NCBI RefSeq assembly: GCF_018350175.1
Contig: NC_058373.1
Coordinates: 112,594,001-112,658,000, forward strand
Length of the DNA: 64,000 bases
Direction: 5' to 3'
From: Felis catus
Lineage: Eukaryota
Numbering within the stretch: position 1 is the first letter of the stretch; each line of letters starts with the position of its first letter. The position numbers and the translations under genes were made by a program. The notes under the pieces were generated by a model that was not told the origin of the DNA, searched no databases, and saw only the letters and a list, made by a program, of their open reading frames with translations. Positions 1 through 13,780 of this stretch are shown one piece after another.

Positions 1-2645
1 AACTACCAATCACAAACTCCATATACAGTGAAGTTATTCTTCAGAAATGAAAGGGAAATAAGGACACACTCAGACAAAAGAAAACTTAAGGAATTTGTCA
101 CTAGATAAAGTACCCTGTAAAAATGGCTAAATAAAATCTCTAAAGAGAATTAGAAAAGAAATGAAAAAAAGGAAATGAAAAAACTTAAAAAAGAGAGGAA
201 AAGGAAATGACAGAAAAAGGCTTGCAATTTTTAAAAAAGGAAAGAACAGCCGAATGGATAAATATAGCAAAGTATCTTAGAGTTTTCTTAAATCATATGT
301 GAAGATTGAAGCAAAAATTTTAACACTATATGATGTGCACAATGCATGTAGAGTAAATGAATACAATCATATTTAAATGTGGGAAGGTAAAGGGAGACTA
401 AGTGGAAGTAAATTTTGTGCATTTCATTTCAAATGATAAATGTCAATACCAGTAGATTGAGATAAGTTATATTTGTTTATTATAATATACAAAGCATCCA
501 CTCAAACCAACCACTAAAAAGCAATGTACAAAACACTGTACTCAAATACACTGTAAATTAAGATAGAATCTTAAAGTTTGTTCAAGTAATCCCCAATAAG
601 GTATGAGAAAGAAGACAAATAATAAAATGGCACATTTTGGTACTAAGATGTAATTACCTTAAATATAAATAATTTAAATATACCAATGAAAAAGGTAGAA
701 ATTGATATATGGATTTCTAGAAATCCAATATATGTATCCTCAAGAAATTCATTTGAAAAACAATGACATAGGTAGGTTGAAAATAAAAAGTTAGAAAAAG
801 ATATACCATGAATGCATTAATTTTTACAGAAGAGGAAATTTCTAAAGTCCATAATCCATGTTTCTTTCTCAAAAAAAAAAAACTAGAAAAAGATAAGCCA
901 AATATTGTCAAAGCAAGAAGACAGGAAATACTCAACAATTCTTAACAGTGAAATGGAAAACAGTAAAACAATTGAGAAAAATCAACAGAATAAAGAGTTC
1001 TTTTAAAAGCTCAATAAAGTTGATACACAGTAGACTAACAAAGATAAAACTGATGCCAGGATTGAACAAAGACTACCACTACAAATCTTCCATCAATTAA
1101 GTGGATAATTAGAGAATACTGTGAAAAACTTTATACTTATAAATTGGGCATCTTAGCAGAAATAGACCACTTCCTCAAAACCCGCAAACTACCAACATGA
1201 AGAAAGATGAATAGACAATCTTTGTAGTCTTACAACCATTAATGAAATTAAATTCACAATGAAAAATCTAAAAAAGAAATATCCAGGTCAAGATGTTTCA
1301 CTGGAGAGCTTTACCAAATATTAAAGAAGAATTGACATCAACTTTAGTCTTTTCCAGAAAATAGAAGAGGAGGAAATACTTCCACCTTATTTTATGAGGC
1401 TGGTATTTTCCTGATAACAAAATCAGGAAAACAGTGCAAAAAATGAACTACAGACCAATATCTATCATGAACTTAAAATCTACCAAATATTACCAAATCA
1501 AATCCAATAATGTATAAAAAAATTATAGATCACTACCAAATGAGATTTATTTGAGGTATGCAAAACTTGTTCAACACTGGAAAAGCAATCAATCTAATCC
1601 ACCATATCAACAAGCTAAAGAAAGATTATATGATTATATATATTGATGCAAAAAAAAGTGATAAAATCTAAAATCCATTCCTGATAAAAACTTTCAGCAA
1701 ACTAAGAATAGAGGGAAACTTCTGAACTTGATAAATAGCATCTACAAAAAAACTTACCACTTAACAACATACTTAATGGTGAAAAAAACAAATGCTCTCC
1801 TCCTGGAACAAAAAGCAAAGTTGTCAACTCTCGCTGCTTTTTTCAACTGAGTATTAGAAGTTCTTTTTTCAACTGAGTATTAGAAGTTCTAAGCAGCACA
1901 ATAAGGCAAGAAAAGTATTAAAAGGGACAAAGATTGGAAAGTAAGAAACAACACTCTCTTTTAGCAAATTGTATGATTGTCTACATAGAAAAAGGTATCT
2001 ACAGAAAAATTCCTACAACTGTAATAAGTCAATTCAGTTAATTTGAGGAATGTAAGATCAACAGTCACACACACACACAAAAACCCCAATCAACACACAT
2101 ATGTTAATCTGTATGCTGAAAACTACAAAACGTTAACAAAATAAAGGGACACTTAACGAAATGGACAGACATGCCATGTTCATGGGTTGGGAGACTGAAC
2201 ACACTAAAGATGTAATTTTCCCCATATTGATATACAGGTTTATGCAATTCCTATCAAAAACCCAACAAGGTTTTTTTGTAGACATACAATTATATAAGTT
2301 TATTCTAAAATTATACAGAAACCTAGGTCCTAGAACAGTTAAAATAATTTTGCAAAAGGACAAAGTGGAAGGACTAGCTCTATCCAATGGTAAAGTTTAC
2401 TGTTAGTTATAGTAATCAAGACAGTGTAGTGTTGGCAGAAAAAAAAATACATGAAACAGAATAGACAACCCATAAGTAGACTAACACAAATATGTTCAAC
2501 AGATTTTTAATAAATCTGCAAAACCAGTTCAATGAATAACCTTTTCAAGAAATGATGCTGGAACAATTGGAATCCATAACTGCTCCCCACCCTCCAAAAA
2601 AACACCTCAACCTAAATCTCACACCTTATACAAAAATTAACTCAA
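1..2645 (+). mobile_element. Old degenerate LINE-1 (L1M-type): ORF1 3' end, inter-ORF and ORF2 fragments, 3'-truncated
   Basis: A-rich strand. ORF1 C-terminal-like sequence at 1-110, endonuclease-like at ~630-820, RT-region-like at ~1290-2000. Ends at cacaccttatacaaaaattaactcaa (the TPYTKINS motif). Confidence 0.85.
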
Positions 2646-4103
2646 TTTTAGCCTTTCTGACAGGGTTGAGGTAATATCTCATTATGGTTTTGATTTGTAT
2701 TTCCCTGAAGATGAGTGATGTTGAGTATCTTTTCATGTGTCTGTTAGCCATCTGTATGTAGTCTTTGGAAAAATATCTATCCCTGTCTTCTGCCCATTTT
2801 TTAACTGGATTATGTGTTTCTTTGGTGTTGACTTTTATAATTTCTTTATATGTTTTAGATACCATCCGTTTATCAGATATGTCATTTGCAAATAACTTCT
2901 CCCATTGTGCAGGTTGCCTTTTAGTTTTATTGTTTCCTTTGCTGTGCAGAAGCTTTTCATCTTGACGAAGTGCTACTAGTTCATTTTTGCTTTTGTTTCC
3001 CTTGCCTCAGGAGACATGTCTAGTAAGAAGTTGCTACAGCTGATGTCAAAGAGGTTACTGCCTGTTTTCTCCTCTAGGATGTTTATGGATTCCTGTCTCC
3101 CATTTAGTAATGTCTTGATTACTACAGCTTTGCTTTTCTTTTTCAAGATTGCTTTGGCAATTCAGGGTCTTTTGTGGTTCCATACATATTTTAGGATTGT
3201 TTGGTGTAGCTTTGTGAAAAATGCTGTTGGTATTTTGATAGGGATTGCATTAAATGTGAGGATTGCTTTGGATAGTACAGACATCTTAACAATATTTGTT
3301 CTTCCAGTCAACGAGCATGGGATATTTTTCCATTTCTTTGTGACTTGTTCAGTTTCTTTCATCAGTTTCTTCTGTTTGTCAGTTTGAAGGTCTTTCACTT
3401 CTTCGGGTAAATTTATTCCTAGGTATTTTATTCTTTTGACTGGAACTGTATGGGAATTCTTTTCTTGATTTCTCTTTGTGATAATTCATTATTAGAGTTT
3501 AGGAATTTAACAGATTTTTACATAATAATTTCATATACTACGGCTTTACCGAATTTTTTCTAATAATTTTTTGGTGCAGTATTTAGGGTTTCTATCTATA
3601 TAGTACTATGTCATATGAAAATAGTGATAGTTCTGCTTCTTTTCAGTTTGGGTGCCTTTTATTTCTTTTCTTACCTAATTGCTATGGCTAAGACTTCTAA
3701 TACTATATTGAATAAAACTGGTGAGAGTGGACATCTTTCTCTTGATCTTAGATAAAATGTTTTCAGCTTTTCATTGTTGAGTATGATATTAGCTATGAGT
3801 GTGACCTATATGGCCTTTATTATGTTGAGGTATGTTCCCTTTATACCCACTTTGTTCAAGAGTTTTCATCATAACTGAAGATTGTATTTTGTTAAATGCT
3901 TTTACTACATCTATTGAGATGATCTTATGATTTTTATCTTTCGTTTTGTTAATGTGCTGATAATGTTGATTGATTTGTGAATGTTGAATTATTCTTGCAT
4001 CCCTTGAATAAAGCCTTCTTGATCGTGGTGTATGATCTTTTTAATGCATTTCTGAATTCAGTTTGCTAATACTTTGTTGAAGATTTTTGCATTTCTGTTT
4101 ATG

Positions 4104-4112
4104 AAGGATATT

Positions 4113-4154
<42 letters not shown>

Positions 4155-4213
4155 AATATCCTTGATATATCCTTGATATATATATCCTTGATATATATCC
4201 AATATCCTTGATA

Positions 4214-4266
<53 letters not shown>
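4104..4266. repeat. (AT)n microsatellite inside a 60-bp perfect palindrome, then atatccttg repeats and poly-T
   Basis: aaggatattggg (at)18 cccaatatcctt, followed by reiterated atatccttg, (AT)n and a T run. Confidence 0.95.
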
Positions 4267-4267
<1 letters not shown>

Positions 4268-6308
4268 GTAGTGTCCTTGTCTGGTTTGTGTGTCAGGGTA
4301 ATTACTCCCAGCCTTATAAAATGAGTTTGGAAGCTTTTCTTCCTGTTCAGTTTTTTGGAGGTGTTTGAGAAAGATAGATATTAAATCATTTTTGAATGTT
4401 TGATAGAATTCACTAGTGAAGCTATATGGTCTTAAACTTTTATTTGGGGGGATGTTTTTGACTACTGATTCAATCTCCTTTCTAGTAATTACTTTATTTA
4501 TGTTTTCTTTTTCTTGCTGATTCAGTCTTACAAGATTGTATGTATCTAGGCATTTATCATTTTTATCCAGTTTGTTGGCATGTAATTTTTTGCAGTAGTC
4601 TCTTATGATCCTGTCTGGTTCTGCGGTATCAGTTGTAACTTCTCTTCTTCATTTCTGATTTTATTTATTTGAGCCCACTCTCTTCTGAGTGAATCTAGCT
4701 AAAATTTTATCAGTTTTGTTTATCTTTTCAAAAAAACACCTCTTAATTTCATTGATCTTTTCTATTGTCTTTTTAGTCTTCATTTATCTCAATCTGATAT
4801 ATATTATATCCTTACTCCTACTACCTTTGGGCTTGGTTTGTTCTTCTTTATTTAGTTTATGTGTAAATTTAGATTGTTTGAGATTTTTCTTGTTTTCTCA
4901 GGTAGGATTGTATTGCTATATTAAGGTCTCTCTTACAACTGGTTTTGCTGCATGCAGTAGATTTTGGTATTTAATATTTATGTTTTCATTTTTCTAGGTT
5001 TTTTAAATTTCTCTTTTGATTTCTTTGATGATCCATTGGTTGTTTAGTACTATGTTGTTTAATCTCCATGTATTTATGATTTTTCTCCATTTTCCTTCTT
5101 GTAATTGATTTCTGGTTTCATATCATTCTGGGAGGAAAAGATGCTTTGTATGATTTCAATCTTCTTGAATTTATTGAGATTTATTTTCTGACCTAACATG
5201 TGGCGTATACTGGAGAATGTTTTATGTGCACTCGAGAAGATTGTGTATTTGCTACTTTTAGATGGAGCGTTCTATATATAACCATTAAGTCCATCTGATC
5301 TAATATGTTGTTTAAGGCTGATGCTTCCTTATGATTTTCTGTCGGGGTGACTTGTCTATAGAGATAAGTAGGGTGTTAAAAGTCCTCTACTATTATCGCA
5401 TTGCTGTTGATTTCCCTCTTTAGGTCTGCTAATAATTCCATGTTATTTTGGTGCTTCTGTGCTGGGTGCTTATAGATTTATAAATGTTATATCTACTTGC
5501 TGCATTATCACTATGTAATGCCCTTCTTTGTCTTTTAAAATTTAAATGGTTTTTAAAATTTAATTTTTTTTTAAATTTAAAATTAAAATTTTAAATGTCT
5601 ATACAACATCTGTTTTGTCTGAAATAAATATAGCTACATTATTTTCATTTGCATTTTCATAAAATATCTTTTTCCATCCCTTCACTTTCAGTCAGTATGT
5701 GTCCTTACTTCTGAAAGGAGTGTCTTGTAGGAAGAAGTATGTAGATGAGTCTATTTTTTGTCCATTCAGTCATTCTTTGTCTTTTGATGGGAGCATTTAG
5801 TCCATTTACACTTAATTATTGATAGATGTATACTTAATGCCAGTTTATTCATTGTCTTCTGGCTGTTTTTGTAGTTCCTCTCTGTTTCTTCTTTCTTTTG
5901 GTATGTTGTCTTTCTTTAGTGTTATGTTTAGATTTATTTTATAGTATCTTTTGTGTATTTACTATAAAGTTTTGCTTTGTGGTTACTGAGAGGTTCACAT
6001 ATAACATCCTATGAATAGAACTGTCTATTTAGCAACTTAAATTTGAACACATTATAAAACTACATTTTTACAACTTCCCCCTGTGTTTTATGGTTTTGAG
6101 GTTACATTTTAGCTCTTTTTATTTATCTCTTAACTAATTATTGTAGTTTAATTTTACTACATTTGTTTTTTAGCCTTCATAGTAACTTAATTAGTGAATT
6201 ATCTACCATCTTTGCTATATAGTTACCTTTTCTGGTGAGATTTGTACTTTCATATGTTTCTTGTTATTATTTAGTGCCATTTCTTTTCCTTTTAAAAAAG
6301 TCCCTTTA

Positions 6309-6529
6309 GGGGCGCCTGGGTGGCACAGTCGGTTAAGCGTCCGACTTCAGCCAGGTCACAATCTCGCGGTCCGTGAGTTCGAGCCCCGCGTCAGGCTCTG
6401 GGCTGATGGCTCAGAGCCTGGAGCCTGCTTCCGATTCTGTGTCTCCCTCTCTCTCTCTGCCCCTCCCCCATTCATGCTCTGTCTCTCTCTGTCCCAAAAA
6501 TAAATAAACGTTGAAAAAAAATTTTTTTT
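6309..6529 (+). mobile_element. Young CAN-SINE (SINEC_Fc-type)
   Basis: tRNA-derived head ggggcgcctgggtggcacagtcgg, (CT)n, A tail. TSD aaagtccctttag at 6297-6309 and 6530-6542. Confidence 0.97.
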
Positions 6530-9500
6530 AAAGTCCCTTTAGTCTTTCTTGTAAGGCCAGTGTATTGGTGATGAACTCCTTTAGCTTTTGCTTATCTGAA
6601 AAATTCTTTATCTCCCCTTCAATTCTGAATGATAATCTTGCAAGGTGGAGGTTTCTTAGTTGGAATTTTTCCTGTCAGGACTTTGAATACATCATGCCAC
6701 TTTCTTCTGGCCTGCAAAATTTTGCCTGCAAAAATTGCTGATAGCTTTATTGGGTGTCCCCTGTATTTAAGCTGCTTTTCTCTTGCTGCTTTTAAGATTC
6801 TCTCTTTATCTTTAACTTTTATATTTTAATATTTCTTGGTGTGGATCTCTTTGGGTCCTTTTTTTTTTTTTTAACTCTCTGGACTTACTGGACATGGATG
6901 TCTGTTTCCTTCTCCACTTAGAGAAGTTTTCAGCAACTATTTCTTCAAATCTGTATTCTGCCCCTTTCTCTCTTTCTCTCTGTTCTCTTTCACAAATGTT
7001 ATTATGCTTAATGTTGTTGTATCAGTCTCTTAAGTTATCTTCATTTTATAAAATTCCTTTTTCTTTTGTTCTCCTTTGCCTGGTTGAGTGCTAATGCTTT
7101 GTCTTCCAGCTCACTGATCCTTTCTTCATTTCATTCAGTTGGCTGTTGAGTTCCTCTTATGTATTTTTCACTTCAGTTACTATATTCTTCAGTTCTGTGT
7201 CTTCTGTTTGCTGCTTTCATATATTTTTATTATATAGGTCTTTATTAAAGTTTTCACTATGCCCTTCCATTCTTCTCCTGAGAGTTAAGTGAGCATCTTT
7301 GTGACTATTATTTTGATTTCTTTATTAGATAATTTATCTCTATATCATTAAGGCCTTTTCTTGAGATTTTGTATTGTTCTCATGTTTGGAAAACATTTCT
7401 CTGTTCATTTTGCTTACCTCTCTGTTTGTTTCTATGTATTAGGCAAAACAGCTACCTCCTCTCAGTCTTGAAGGTATGGTCTTGTGTAGATGATGAGCCT
7501 TTTCATTCACCCTTGCACTTGTTCTTGGTTATCTTTTGAACCTTTGTGATTGTCTAAATATACTGGTTTATTTTTTATATGCCCTCATTGTTGAGGATCT
7601 TTCAATACCTGTCAGTGTTCCGAGAGGAGGAATTGCATTTAGCACCTAGTTTCAGGCAAAGCAGAAGCCAGACCCTCAAGCAGCAGCTTTTAAAGCATGC
7701 AATATATACAGTCTGGGAGGGCCACAATAATAAACTCTGCTCACCTCCATACCAAAAGATCTGGAGGTGTACTCTGAGCAACTGTTGCAACAATCAGGGT
7801 AATTATAGAGCTCCTTTCTGAGAAATCTCCTCAAACTGTAGTGAGACTGGGGACTACACAGGATGGTGTCTCCTTGTTTACACTCCTTGAAAGTGCCTTC
7901 ATAGCTCATAGATGTGTGGGAAACCTGGAGCCTGTCCTTTAGGCTAAACATTCAATATAAGTATATAGGCCTTTTTCACAAGAAGGTGGGGGTATGTTTC
8001 AGTCTGTTGTCTGTGGAGTGCTCTAGGGATGTTTTCTTGTTGAGAACTGTTTTTCTCAACTGCTGTTGTGCCTCTGAGCTCAGGAACACCAACCCCCTTG
8101 ACTACCAGGGCCAGATGAACAAGGGGCATTTCCTTTGTGCTTTGTGTGCACCCACTGGCTTTAGCAGGGCAGTTGAGAGTATAAGATATGGGGCACACAC
8201 TCCAGCTTCTGAAAGGCAGTGGGAAGATATCTTGACTGAGTATGCCTGTGGCCTTCGGCAGTGCTGCAGGAGAGTGCCCTATCTGTGCATACACCATGGC
8301 CCTGGGTTGGCAGTGGGAGAGTGACATGACCATTTACTCATCAGCTCCTGCTGGGGTATGAGCGAGTGTTGCCACCACCTGTGACCATTGACTTTCTTAG
8401 TAAGGGGGCCAGAGAATGCTGTGACCATTCACACTTGCCTGCCTCAGTCAGGAAGTGGGGGATCACTGCAACCCCTGTGGTAGGCAGCGGAAGGGTGCCA
8501 CATCTGAGTGCACCTACCTATGCTAACAGGGTAGGTTTTAGAGTGCACAAATGGCATTTGCCCATGCCTTAGTCTCCAGAGAGAATCCCAACTGTCCTTT
8601 GCCTCAGAATACCCCCAGATCAGCAAGGCCTGATTGTTCACATATAATGTAGGTACTTTTCAAGTTGGTGCTTTTGTGCTGGATCCTGGGGTAAGTGAGA
8701 CTATACACAAGCCCATTAAAAAGAGAATTTCCATTTCCTATAGCCAGTTAAGTACCTTGATATCTGCCCTTTTGGTGTTCTAAGCAGATGTTTTGGGGAA
8801 CTCATCTTTCTGGTGCAGATCCCAAGAGTTGGGGTGCCTGATGTGGGGCACTAGCCCCTTACTCCTCTGAGAGAAATACCAGACTGACGAGATCCCTCCT
8901 TTTGTGTGTCACCATACCTGTGGTGGGATTTTTAGCCAGATCATGTCTCTGCCCCTCCTACCTGTCTGAGTGTTGTCCTTTTACCCTTTGTTGTGGAGAA
9001 GCAGTTCATCTAGTTTTCAGAATCTTTAGGTGATTCATATGTAGCTGTAGGTTTGGTATGTCCATGGGAGAGGTGACTTCATGATCTTCATATGCTATCA
9101 TCTTGGTCTGGCTTCTTTCCAGCATGTTCATTTTTTAACATAGATTGCAAGACGTGCAAAGAATAGGAGATTGTGAAACAAAGCAGACAACTGCCTGTGA
9201 GAAGCTGTAGATATTGAATTTAACAGATTTCTAAATATGCTAAAAAAAAGAAAACTTATAGGAAACCATACTGAAAGAAAAAAAGCCATGATGACAATAT
9301 TTCATCAAATAGAGACTATCAATAGAAATATAAATTTTATTTTTTAAAAGGCTAAGGCAAATTCTAGAACTGCAAGTATAATAATGGAAACGGAGGATTC
9401 TCCAGTGGGGTTTGCGCAACAATAGCACTGAGTTGGCAGAAGAAAGAATCAGCAGACTTAAAGATAGATCAGTAGGGATTATACAAGCTGAAGACCAGAG

Positions 9501-9727
9501 AGGAAAAAAGAATGAAGAAAAATGAACAGTCTCAGAGAAATGCAGAACATCATTAAGCATACCAGCATATAGATAACGGGAATAAAAGAACAGAAAAGAG
9601 CACCAAAAAAAACCCTACAAGAAATAATGGCTGAAAACTTGCCAAATTTGATTACAAACATTATACATCCAAGAAACTCCTTCAATTCCAGATAGGATAA
9701 ACTCAAAGATACCCACACCTAGACACA

Positions 9728-10093
9728 TGATTTTAGTCAGTGTAAGCTGCTATAGCATAGTACCATAGACTGGGTGGCTCATAAACAGTAGAATGTTTTT
9801 TCTCGCATTTCTGGAGGCTGGAAGTCTGAAATCAGTATGCCAGCATGGTCAGGTTCTTGTACGGACCCTCAGTGAGTTGCAGACAGCTGACTTCTGGTAT
9901 CCTCACATGCCATAAAAAAAAAAAGCTAGTTAGTTCCCTGGCCTCTTCTTCTAAGGGCACTAGTCTCATTCGTAAAGACTCCACCCTCATGACCTAATCA
10001 CCTCCTAAAGGACCCACTTGCAAATACCATCACATTGGGATTATGGTTTCAAATTATGAATTTTTGTGGGACACAAACATTTATTTCATACCA
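9728..10093 (-). mobile_element. MaLR solo LTR (MLT1A-like)
   Basis: accatagactgggtggc..., ctccaccctcatgacctaatcacctcc... and gggacacaaacatt match the MLT1A reverse strand; length ~365 bp. Confidence 0.85.
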
Positions 10094-10537
10094 TATATCA
10101 TGGTAAAAGTGCTAAAAGACAAAAACTTTGAAAGCAATATAAACAAAATGACTCATCACATACAAGTGAGCCCCAATAAAATTAACATCTGACTTATCAT
10201 CAATAAAAGAAGGCAGAAGGCAGTAGGATGACATATTCAAATTAGTGAAAGAAAAAAACTGTCAACAAACCAAGATGTTATATCCAGGGAAACTATCTCT
10301 TAGAATTGAAGATGAAAGAAACACATTCCCAGAGGAACAAAAACTGTAAGAGGATTTGTTGCTAGCAGATCCATCTTATAAGAAATACTAAAGAAAATTC
10401 TTCAGGCTTAAAAAGCAAGTGACCATGGACAGCAATTTAAATCCACACACTCAATAAAAGAGCACTGGTAAAAGTAATTATGTATTTATAAAAGACAGTA
10501 TAAATATGTATTTCTTGTCCTTTCCTCTCAACTAATT

Positions 10538-10739
10538 ATTTTTAATTATTTTAATGTTTATTTATTTTTGAGAGAGAGAGCGTGAACAGGGAAGGGTCAG
10601 AAAGAGAGGGAGACACAGAATCCAAAGCAGCCTCCAAGCTCTGAGCTGTCAGCACAGAGCCCTATGTGGGGCTCAAACCCATTAACCATGAGATTGTGAC
10701 CTGAGCCAAAGTCAGGTGCTTAACTGACTGAGGCACCCG
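10538..10739 (-). mobile_element. CAN-SINE
   Basis: Reverse SINE body. TSD tcaactaatt at 10528-10537 and 10740-10749. Confidence 0.93.
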
Positions 10740-11108
10740 TCAACTAATTTTAAGAGCAGTTGTATAAAAGAATACATAGGTAACTTTTGTTGAGTCTATA
10801 ATGTAGAAATGTAATATATTTGACAATAACAGCACAAAGAAAGTGGTTTGAAGCAAAGCTGCATTGAAGTAAGTATTTAATACCAAATGGTATCTCAAAT
10901 CCACAAGAACAAAATTGAAGAATCAAAAATAACAAATAAGAATGTTAATACAACAAACTCTTGTCTACATGTACTTGTCCACTTTCTTTTCTCAGCTTTT
11001 CTAATAGACATAAACTATGCAACATATTAATTATACCAGTGTATTGTTGGATTTTATATATGTATGTGTATGTATATCTTTTTGTTCACACAAAAATATA
11101 TGGGGTGG

Positions 11109-11340
11109 GGGGCGCCTAGGTGGCTCAGTCAGTTAAGCATCTGACTTCGGCTCAGGTCATGGTCTCACGGTTTGTGAGTTTGAGCCCCGCCTCAGGCTCT
11201 GTGCTGACAGCTCAGAGCCTGGAGCCTGCTTTGGATTCTGTGTCTCCTTTCTCTCTCTGCCCACTCTCTCGCTTGCGTACATGCGCGCGCTCTCTCTCTC
11301 TCTCAAAAATAAATAAATGGTAAAAAAAAATAAAAATTAA
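11109..11340 (+). mobile_element. CAN-SINE
   Basis: ggggcgcctaggtggctcagtcag head and A tail. TSD aaaatatatggg. Confidence 0.95.
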
Positions 11341-11888
11341 AAAATATATGGGTAACATGGACAAGAATAATAGCACAAAAAGAAGAGACAACAGAACTGT
11401 ATAGAAGTAATGTTTCTGTGTTACTATAAATCAGAAGTTGATTTGGTAAGATATGCAGTGTAAACCCTAGAACAACCATTAAGAAAATAGCTCCAAAAAT
11501 AAATCATTAAAAAAAATCATTAAAGGAATTAAAATGTCACATTGGAATATATTGATTTCATTCAAAAGAAAAGAGTAAGGGGATACTAGAAGAATAAATA
11601 AGAGATAAGAGACACATAGAATGCATAAAGTAAAATGGCAGATGTATACACAGCTATATCAATAATATTAAGTGTGAATGGATTTATTAATCCAGTCAAA
11701 AGGCATATACTGTCAAACTATTAAATTATTAAAGACCCAACTATAATACTATGTACACCAGACATGTTATATATTGAAAGGTGCCATAGAGGTTAAAATT
11801 AAAAGGATAGCAAACATATGTCATGCAAATAACAACCCAAAGGAATGGCAGAATTAAATTCTTTTGTTAGTTAGAATACATTTTTAAA

Positions 11889-12102
11889 ATTTTTTTTTCA
11901 ACGTTTATTTTATTTTTGGGACCGAGAGAGACAGAGCATGAACGGGGGAGGGGCAGAGAGAGAGGGAGACACAGAATCGGAAACAGGCTCCAGGCTCTGA
12001 GCCATCAGCCCAGAGCCTGACGCGGGGCTCGAACTCATGGACCGCGAGATCGTGACCTGGCTGAAGTCGGACGCTTAACCAACTGCGCCACCCAGGCGCC
12101 CC
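11889..12102 (-). mobile_element. Young CAN-SINE (SINEC_Fc-type)
   Basis: CpG-rich reverse copy. 17-bp TSD tagaatacatttttaaa at 11872-11888 and 12103-12119. Confidence 0.97.
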
Positions 12103-13465
12103 TAGAATACATTTTTAAAGAGATGCTTTCCCTTATCTACTATATAGTTATGCAGTGATACAGTTTTTACCGAAAAAGCAGGTTAAGTGCTTGATTCTTT
12201 CCCTTCCTATGATTTCAGTTTTTTAAAATTTTCTGAAGCTTGCTTTGTGGTCCAATGTATTGTCTATTTTGGTAATTGTTACCTTTGTGTTGAAAAAGTC
12301 TGCACCTTCTGTAGTGATTGGGTTTCACGTTGTATATAAATAACTATGATGGAGATTTGTGTATTTCTCCTGTTAATTCTGTCAAATTCTGCCTTATATT
12401 TTTTGTAGCTATGTTACTGGTTGTTTATAAAATATTTTTTGTATTTACTTATTGAATTGATTCTTTTTATCAGTGTAAAATATTCTTCATCTAACATTTC
12501 TTGCCTCTTGGCTCTACTTGGTTTGCTATAATATTGCTACAACCACTTTACTTTGGTTGATGTTCACATGACATTTCTTTTTCTATCATGTATTTATGTC
12601 TCCTTTCTTGTTATTTTATTTAAAATGTAAATGTCTCTTATAAGCATCTTTGTATTTTTTTCTGAAACATCTATTTTCGCTTACAGCATATATACCATTT
12701 ATATTTATTATAATTAATATAGTACTTATTGTTTGTTTCCTATTTGTCTCATCAGTTTGTCTCCTCTCCTTGTCTTCTTCTAGATTAATAGAGTAGCTTT
12801 TAATCAGTTTTTTCTTTTATTAATTTTTTAGTTATATATATAGTTTGATTGTAGTTTGGTATTTTGTTGGGTTTTTGTTTTGTTTTCTGCTAGTTTTGTG
12901 TGTGTGTGTATGCATATGTGTGTGATTTATCCCAGGGCTCATTACAACATGCATATGTTACTTTTTTTTAATACTAATCATTATTTTTGTCATTTCTAAT
13001 AGTAATTTGGAAGATTTCTAAACATTGCTTTTGACTATTGTTTCTTCCCATTCTGTCTTTCTTCTCTTTCTGGGGTTTAATTTTACATGCATTAGACCTC
13101 TTGAGTATGTATCACATATGTGTTTTGTCCTATTCTGTTTATTCATTCTTTCTCTATATCATTTTGTACCTTTTTTGTTGATTTGTCTTTAATATTCTTG
13201 CATTCTGCTGCATTTTTTCTTTTGACCTGAGTTTACATTCTTTAATCCTGATAAACCTGCCCATTTAGATCTGAGTTCCAGATGTTGTAATTTATGTGCT
13301 AGTGCATCCATTTAATTTTTTTATAGATTCCAATTTCTGCTGAAATTATCTATTGTTTCCTCTCTTTTTTTAAAAAAAATACTTTATTTTCTTGAATGTA
13401 TTAATTTTAGGTTATTTTAAAGTTGGCTACACACTCCCCTTGCATCTGTTGTGGGATTTTTCATC

Positions 13466-13685
13466 TTTTTTTTTTTTTTTCAACGTTTTATTTTATTTTT
13501 GGGACAGAGAGAGACAGAGCATAAACGGGGGAGGGGCAGAGAGAGAGGGAGACACAGAATCGGAAACAGGCTCCAGGCTCTGAGCCATCAGCCCAGAGCC
13601 TGACGCGGGGCTCGAACTCCCGGACCGTGAGATCATGACCTGGCTGAAGTCGGACGCTTAACCGACTGCGCCACCCAGGCGCCCC
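13466..13685 (-). mobile_element. Young CAN-SINE (SINEC_Fc-type)
   Basis: Reverse copy. TSD tcatc+T-run at 13461 and 13686. Confidence 0.97.
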
Positions 13686-13780
13686 TCATCTTTTTTTTTT
13701 TTTTTTATCTTAGTATTGGATTCTATTTTCTTGCATGCCAAGTAATTTTTATAAATTTATATGTTAAAGGACCATATTGT

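Larger units (their letters stand above)
2646..9110 (-). mobile_element. Near full-length antisense LINE-1 (L1MA/L1_Carn-like) lacking its 3' UTR, with internal deletions
   Basis: Minus ORFs 2626-2865 and 3162-3398 are L1 ORF2 C-terminal peptides (KKWKNIPCS..., [10 protein letters not shown]). ORF1-like sequence at ~6540-7300. A GC-richer 5' UTR ends at ...atcatcttgg near 9106. Confidence 0.88.
9180..11850 (+). mobile_element. Old LINE-1 ORF1/inter-ORF/ORF2-start fragment, interrupted by MLT1A and two SINEs
   Basis: ORF1-like gaagaaagaatcagcagacttaaagatagatcag. The sequence resumes collinearly after 10093. Endonuclease-start-like sequence at ~11630-11840. Confidence 0.8.

Noticed and set aside
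5533..5597. AT-only quasi-palindromic stretch
   Set aside because: Low-complexity expansion within L1. Self-complementarity is expected from composition.
7579..8641. Cluster of overlapping ORFs (up to 136 aa) in GC-richer DNA
   Set aside because: It lies in the 5' UTR of the antisense L1, where higher GC lengthens chance ORFs. No recognisable protein.
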